A stretch of DNA of 32,000 nucleotides from Kiritimatiella glycovorans (GTDB taxonomy: Bacteria; Verrucomicrobiota; Kiritimatiellia; Kiritimatiellales; Kiritimatiellaceae). Location: positions 2,100,001 to 2,132,000 of the forward strand of contig NZ_CP010904.1 of the NCBI RefSeq assembly GCF_001017655.1, in the 5' to 3' direction. The notes beneath the pieces are model-generated. The model saw only the letters and a list, made by a program, of their open reading frames with translations, had not been told where the DNA came from and ran no database searches. Made by a program: the position numbers and the translations under genes. This document shows positions 27,687 through 32,000 of the stretch, piece after piece; positions within the stretch are counted from its first letter, which is position 1, and each line of letters starts with the position of its first letter.

Positions 27687-28691
27687 CTACCCGCGCGCGC
27701 GAAATGATTTCGGCGAAACCCCGACGCAGCGACGAAAAACCGTCGCAAAGTACTGGCTGGTCGAGAACCCACAGGCCATGGCGATCTCGGTAATGCTTCG
27801 ATCGGGCGCTGCGCGAAGCAGGTTCCTGGCACGTTCGATTCTCAGGTGATTGAGATACTGCATCGGGGTCTGGTTGGTGATCTCACGGCAGTAATGCGTG
27901 AACCGTGTCACCCCCAGCCCGCAATGCGCCGCCATGGTCTCCAGCGTCCACGGCTCCGCGGGATCCTCCGCCAGCCGCTCGAGAAACATTTTCGTCGATC
28001 TCGAGGCATGGCTGAGCGAAGGACTCAGCCGCAGTCGGCTCTCGCGCAGCGATTCGAGCAGAAGCAGCAGCAGTTCATTCACATAAATTGCTGCGCGCGA
28101 AACCGTACTCTCCCCACCCGCTCCGGACACCGTATCACCGAGCTTCGAGAAACATCGGCGCATCTCGACCGAGGCCTTGCGCACCGGCTCCTCGTTCTGG
28201 CGGAGGTAACGGGTCAGCTCACGCAGATCCGGTCCCGCCATCACCAGCCAGTCCGGCCAGTGCCAGGCCTGGTGCGGTTGCCGGACCCCGACGTCCAGAA
28301 TCAGCCAGTACAGCCGCCCCGGCCCCACCGCGGGATCGCCGAGGCAGTGAGCCTGCCACGGACGCGTGATCGCCATATCGCCGGGTTCCAGGTTTCGCCG
28401 CGCGCGCCCGACCCGGAAAGCCGTCCCGCCGGTCTCCTGCAGGGTAATCTCGATGCCCTCGTTGCGGTGCCACGGAAGCCCCCAGCTCTGCGGGCGCGCG
28501 GCGTCCCAGAATCCGACGCTGCGCAACCCCTCCAGGTCGCCGCTCCTGAGACGCCGGCCCGGATAGGTGCCGCGCGCCAGGGCCTCCATGTGAATCTCGC
28601 CGCCGCGCGCCGCCTCCGCCATCGGCGCGCAGGTGTCGGCGTGATACGTACGCCGCCCGGCATGATAGGATGGAACTTCACCGCCGATCAT
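27687..28691 (-). CDS. AraC-family transcriptional regulator (cupin sensor plus two HTH motifs)
   Basis: The C-terminal LETMAAHCGLGVTRFTHYCREITNQTPMQYLNHLRIERARNLL...ITEIAMACGFSTSQYFATVFRR is an AraC HTH pair. The start is uncertain. ATG at 28691 (GAGG 6 nt upstream) is preferred because 28740-28860 is AT-rich and looks non-coding. ATG at 28736 and the track start at 28844 are alternatives. Confidence 0.8.
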   Translation of the reverse strand: MIGGEVPSYHAGRRTYHADTCAPMAEAARGGEIHMEALARGTYPGRRLRSGDLEGLRSVGFWDAARPQSWGLPWHRNEGIEITLQETGGTAFRVGRARRNLEPGDMAITRPWQAHCLGDPAVGPGRLYWLILDVGVRQPHQAWHWPDWLVMAGPDLRELTRYLRQNEEPVRKASVEMRRCFSKLGDTVSGAGGESTVSRAAIYVNELLLLLLESLRESRLRLSPSLSHASRSTKMFLERLAEDPAEPWTLETMAAHCGLGVTRFTHYCREITNQTPMQYLNHLRIERARNLLRAAPDRSITEIAMACGFSTSQYFATVFRRCVGVSPKSFRARG

Positions 28692-28754
28692 GATCCGCCT
28701 CTCTCTCCCGCTGCGTCCCGCGTCCCGACGCAACATTCGCCCCAACCTCATCTT

Positions 28755-28775
28755 CCCCATTTGTATAATATCTTT
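28755..28775 (+). promoter_or_regulatory. Candidate -10 element for the TIM-barrel/DUF6807/oxidoreductase operon
   Basis: A perfect TATAAT at 28764-28769 sits within TTTGTATAATATC, ~95 nt upstream of the ATG at 28864. There is no good -35, which fits an activator-dependent (AraC) promoter. Confidence 0.35.
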
Positions 28776-28863
28776 CAACAACGGAATTCGAACGACAAAC
28801 GCGGTCATCCGGTGCGATGATGCCGCACCATAGAACAAAGTCATCGAACCGGGAGGTCGAATT

Positions 28864-29706
28864 ATGGATGTGGGACTGTTTCTTCTGATCGAGCCTTTCG
28901 CGAGCGTGGAGACGCAGCTTCAGCGGGTAAAGGAGCTGGGCTTCAGGCGCGCGGACATCACCGACACGAACGCCGGCGGGAGCATGCTTGGCTCGGCGGG
29001 CTTTTCGCCGACGGTGAGCCTGGACGAGAACCCCTTCGAGGTAAAACGCCTGTTCGAGCGCCACGGCATCACGCCGAGCGCCGTCTGCGCCCACGCTCTG
29101 CTGCTGGAACCCAGCAATCCCGGCAAGTACGGGACGGCGGAGATCATGAAGGCCATACGGTTCGCCGCGGCGATCGGCATCAGGGATGTGGTCACGACGG
29201 AGACGGACGCCCGTTCCGAGTGGGCGCAGCAGCTCACCTACGAAGAGAGCATCTTCACCGTGGCCGAGAAACTCTACACCCCGGTACAGATGGCGGGTGA
29301 TTACGGGGTACGGATCCTGCTCGAACCGCACGGCCCGATCACCGACACGATTCGCGGAATGCAGGACATCTTCGACAGGCTGGGCAATCCCGACGCCCTC
29401 GGCGTAAACCTCGACACGGGCAACGCGTGGCTAGGCGGCACCGATCCGGTGGAAATGGCGCGGGTGTTCCGCGAGAAGATCCACCATGTCCACTGGAAGG
29501 ATCTGGGACCGGAATGGGAGCCGAAGCGCGGCACGATGTTCGGATGCGGTTTTTCGAACATCGCGCTCGGGGACGGCGTCATCGACCTCCAGGGCGTCTG
29601 CGAAGTGCTCAGGGGGTGCGACATCGAGAGTTCGACGCTGGAGATTATCGGCGGCGACGACGTGCTCGTGCGCAGCGCGGAATTCCTGAAGGATCAAGGC
29701 GTATGA
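28864..29706 (+). CDS. Sugar phosphate isomerase/epimerase-like protein (xylose isomerase-like TIM barrel), cytoplasmic
   Basis: GGGAGG lies 7 nt upstream of the ATG. Family motifs are ILLEPHGPITD, NLDTGNAWLGG and HVHWKD. No signal peptide. Confidence 0.85.
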   Translation: MDVGLFLLIEPFASVETQLQRVKELGFRRADITDTNAGGSMLGSAGFSPTVSLDENPFEVKRLFERHGITPSAVCAHALLLEPSNPGKYGTAEIMKAIRFAAAIGIRDVVTTETDARSEWAQQLTYEESIFTVAEKLYTPVQMAGDYGVRILLEPHGPITDTIRGMQDIFDRLGNPDALGVNLDTGNAWLGGTDPVEMARVFREKIHHVHWKDLGPEWEPKRGTMFGCGFSNIALGDGVIDLQGVCEVLRGCDIESSTLEIIGGDDVLVRSAEFLKDQGV

Positions 29707-30653
29707 AAACTCTACGGGTTACGCTGATTACGACAACCTTACTGACCGGTGCGGTAACGGCCGGATCGACGCTGCAGGCCTCGCCGTGGAGCTGGGAAAA
29801 AGCGCCGGGCAAAAGCCTGACCCTGATGGGCCCGTCCGGAGTGGTCTGCCGTTTGAACTTCGATGCGAGCGAACCGAAACCGTACATCCACCCACTCAAC
29901 ACCTCGGACGGCCGCGGACTGACGTGGCTGAGCCCGCCGGACCACCCCTGGCACTGGGGCCTGTGGTTCTCCTGGAAATACATCAATCACGTCAATTTCT
30001 GGGAATTTCAGCGCGACACCGGAGAGATCGCGGGGCGAACGACGATCCGCAACGCGAAGATCGTGCAGGCCGACCGGAAGGCGGGCGTGGTGCGCATGAC
30101 GCTCGAATACGCACCGCGCGAACACGAGGGGAAACCCTGGATGCGCGAGACGCGCACGATCCGGATCGGTACGCCACGCCCGGACGGGAGCTATCGCATT
30201 GACTGGGCCATGGCGTGCACCGCCCTGCAGGATCTCGAGTTCGGACGCAATCCGAATCCCGGACGCGGATACGGGTGCTTCTCCTACCGCGGGGCGAAGG
30301 ATTTTGTGCCGGTCACGCTGCAGGACGCCGAAGGCCGGACCGACGGGGAGATCCATGGAAAGCGGGCACCGTGGGCGGTTGCGGCGGGGGCCGTGGACGG
30401 ACGTGAGGCGGCCGTCGCAATTTTCGACCATCCCTCGAACCCGGGTCATCCCACGCGGTGGTTCGTCATCAACCGCGCCCTCGGCCACGGCCCGTTCACC
30501 TACCTCAACCCCGCCCTGCTCTACGCACAGGACCGCAGCCTGAAGGCGGGCGAGACGATGACCCTGACGTACGGCGTACTCGTGGTTCCGCACGAAGCGG
30601 ATACTGAGAGGCTCGAGGCCGAGTTCGCAGAATTTGCCTTAAAAAAGGAGTAG
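29703..30653 (+). CDS. DUF6807 / 'PmoA-family' protein, paralog 2, with signal peptide
   Basis: The ATG overlaps the upstream stop (ATGA at 29703-29706). Signal peptide is MKTLRVTLITTTLLTGAVTAG. It shares exact runs of 29 aa and 26 aa with paralog 1. Confidence 0.8.
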   Translation: MKTLRVTLITTTLLTGAVTAGSTLQASPWSWEKAPGKSLTLMGPSGVVCRLNFDASEPKPYIHPLNTSDGRGLTWLSPPDHPWHWGLWFSWKYINHVNFWEFQRDTGEIAGRTTIRNAKIVQADRKAGVVRMTLEYAPREHEGKPWMRETRTIRIGTPRPDGSYRIDWAMACTALQDLEFGRNPNPGRGYGCFSYRGAKDFVPVTLQDAEGRTDGEIHGKRAPWAVAAGAVDGREAAVAIFDHPSNPGHPTRWFVINRALGHGPFTYLNPALLYAQDRSLKAGETMTLTYGVLVVPHEADTERLEAEFAEFALKKE

Positions 30654-30658
30654 ACCGG

Positions 30659-32000
30659 ATGAAGGAAATGAAATCTCAATCTCCGCACACCTCGCGCCGC
30701 GCCTTTCTCGGAGCCGCGACCGCTGCCGCGGCGGCCCCGGCCATCATTCCCTCCTCGGTTCTCGGAGCGCAGGCGCCATCGAATCAACTCACCTTCGCCG
30801 CGCTCGGCGTCGGCAATCGAGGCGCCGGGATCAGCAAAGGCTATTTCGCCGGACTCAAGGATGTACGCGTCGTCGCCGCGGCCGACTGCTGGAAGAGTCG
30901 GCGGGAACGCTTCGCGGCCGAGATCGACGAGATGGAGGGGGGGCGGGTCTGCACCCCCTATGCGGATTACCGCGAGGTGCTCGCGCGCGACGACATCGAC
31001 GGCGTGATCATCGGCACGCCCGATCACTGGCACGTCCCGCTGGCGATCCTCGCCGCACAGGCGGGCAAGCACATGTACGTCGAAAAGCCGCTCGGCACGT
31101 CGATGAAACTCGCCTGGCGGCTGCGCGACGAGATCCGCCGCAGCGGCGTGAAATTCCTCTACGGCACCCAGCAGCGTTCCCAGCCCCACTTCCGCAGGGC
31201 CTGCGAACTCGTGCTCAACGGCTATATCGGCGAGATTACGCGCGTGGAGGCCTGGTCGCCGGACATGTCGACCCAGTATGGGGTGCCGCACAATCCTCCG
31301 TACGGATCGACGATGGAGGCGCCGGTGCCGGACGATCTGAACTACGACATGTGGCTCGGCCCCGCACCGATGAAGCCGTACACGGTGGACCGCTGCGTGC
31401 GCGGCGGCCAGTGGCATATCTATGACTACGCGCTCGGATTCATCGCCGGCTGGGGCGCCCACCCGCTCGACATCGCCCAGTGGGGGCTGCAGCGGGATCA
31501 CACCAGCCCGGTGCGCTACGAAGGCACCGGCCATCAGCCCCCGCGCGGCGCACTCTGGGACACCACCGAATCGTGGGACATGACCTGCACCTACGCCGGC
31601 GGGCTGCCGATGCGGTTCATGGATTGTCGCGTCGCGAAACCCCTGGTGCGCGAGTACCACTACACCTTCCGCAATCACGGCACGACCTTTCACGGGACGG
31701 AGGGATGGATCAGTGTCGACCGCAACGCGCTCTATTCCTCCGGACGCAACCAATACACGAAGATCGAACTCAAGAACGGCGACACGCGGCTGCATGCGAG
31801 CGATCATCCCGGACGCGATCTCGTGCAGGCGATCAGGACCGGCGGCGAGACGGTGTGTCCGATCGAGGCGGCGATCCGGTCCGACACGATCAGCCATCTC
31901 ACCGATATCGTCGCCCGGACCGGCCGTTCGATCGAGTGGGATCCGGAACGCGAAAAGATCATCGGTGATCCCGAGGCGGAGAAGTTCCTCGACCGTCCGA
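30659..32000 (+). CDS. Gfo/Idh/MocA-family oxidoreductase with twin-arginine (Tat) signal; 3' end runs off the window
   Basis: This ORF is not in the supplied track because it has no stop in the window; I translated it by hand. It begins MKEMKSQSPHTSRRAFLGAATAAAAAPAIIPSSVLGA (Tat motif SRRAFLG). A Rossmann GVGNRG, then DGVIIGTPDHWH and YVEKPLG follow. The frame is open to 32000 and ends ...WDPEREKIIGDPEAEKFLDRP. AAGGAG lies 8 nt upstream of the ATG. Confidence 0.88.
   Translation, partial: MKEMKSQSPHTSRRAFLGAATAAAAAPAIIPSSVLGAQAPSNQLTFAALGVGNRGAGISKGYFAGLKDVRVVAAADCWKSRRERFAAEIDEMEGGRVCTPYADYREVLARDDIDGVIIGTPDHWHVPLAILAAQAGKHMYVEKPLGTSMKLAWRLRDEIRRSGVKFLYGTQQRSQPHFRRACELVLNGYIGEITRVEAWSPDMSTQYGVPHNPPYGSTMEAPVPDDLNYDMWLGPAPMKPYTVDRCVRGGQWHIYDYALGFIAGWGAHPLDIAQWGLQRDHTSPVRYEGTGHQPPRGALWDTTESWDMTCTYAGGLPMRFMDCRVAKPLVREYHYTFRNHGTTFHGTEGWISVDRNALYSSGRNQYTKIELKNGDTRLHASDHPGRDLVQAIRTGGETVCPIEAAIRSDTISHLTDIVARTGRSIEWDPEREKIIGDPEAEKFLDRP

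Noticed and set aside
26653-30653. Reading the 'PmoA family' label literally, as particulate methane monooxygenase subunit A
   Set aside because: The proteins are ~317 aa and soluble-looking, with a single N-terminal signal peptide rather than multiple transmembrane helices. No pmoB or pmoC genes are present, and the neighbours are sugar-metabolism types. The label is a family misnomer (DUF6807).

Overview
High-GC (roughly mid-60s % by eye) bacterial chromosomal segment. I support 21 protein-coding genes and found no rRNA, tRNA, CRISPR array, transposase or integrase. The gene content (Tat-exported Gfo/Idh/MocA oxidoreductase, DUF6807/PmoA-like proteins, xylose-isomerase-like TIM barrel, BNR and discoidin proteins) suggests a PVC-type lineage such as Kiritimatiellota, Verrucomicrobiota or Planctomycetota; this is a low-confidence guess.

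Gene order:
- comM/yifB (+)
- a 1040-aa secreted discoidin-domain protein (+)
- a tightly packed minus-strand operon lysS, HD-CHAD, ppx, ppk1
- a plus-strand operon ligA, alkaline phosphatase, BNR/sialidase-like
- a minus-strand block: ArnT-like GT39 gene, 61-nt gap, then purS-purL fusion, small nucleotidyltransferase, 66-aa ORF, purQ
- a GT9 heptosyltransferase (+)
- purH (-)
- an AraC-associated locus: DUF6807/PmoA-like paralog 1, araC-type regulator, TIM-barrel sugar-phosphate isomerase-like, DUF6807 paralog 2, and a Tat-signal Gfo/Idh/MocA oxidoreductase that runs off the window end

Items most worth follow-up:
1. A two-gene nucleotidyltransferase cassette sits between purL and purQ, with overlapping start/stop codons at all three junctions and visibly AT-richer codons.
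2. The uncharacterised exported oxidoreductase/DUF6807 x2/TIM-barrel/AraC locus, whose two DUF6807 copies are nearly identical at synonymous sites in places.
3. The few long intergenic regions are packed with structured repeats:
   - a REP/REPIN-like GTAG-headed hairpin family (3 copies; one supplies the last 8 codons and the stop of the GT9 gene)
   - a ~170-bp conserved module attached to two of those copies
   - a 3.9 x 55-bp tandem array built from 7-bp CTCAGGT subrepeats in the lysS/ligA divergent promoter region
   - a GTACTC/GAGTAC inverted microsatellite

The many long antisense ORFs in the track are GC-driven shadow ORFs. The track also treats GTG/TTG as starts, and several true starts lie downstream of the listed ORF starts.
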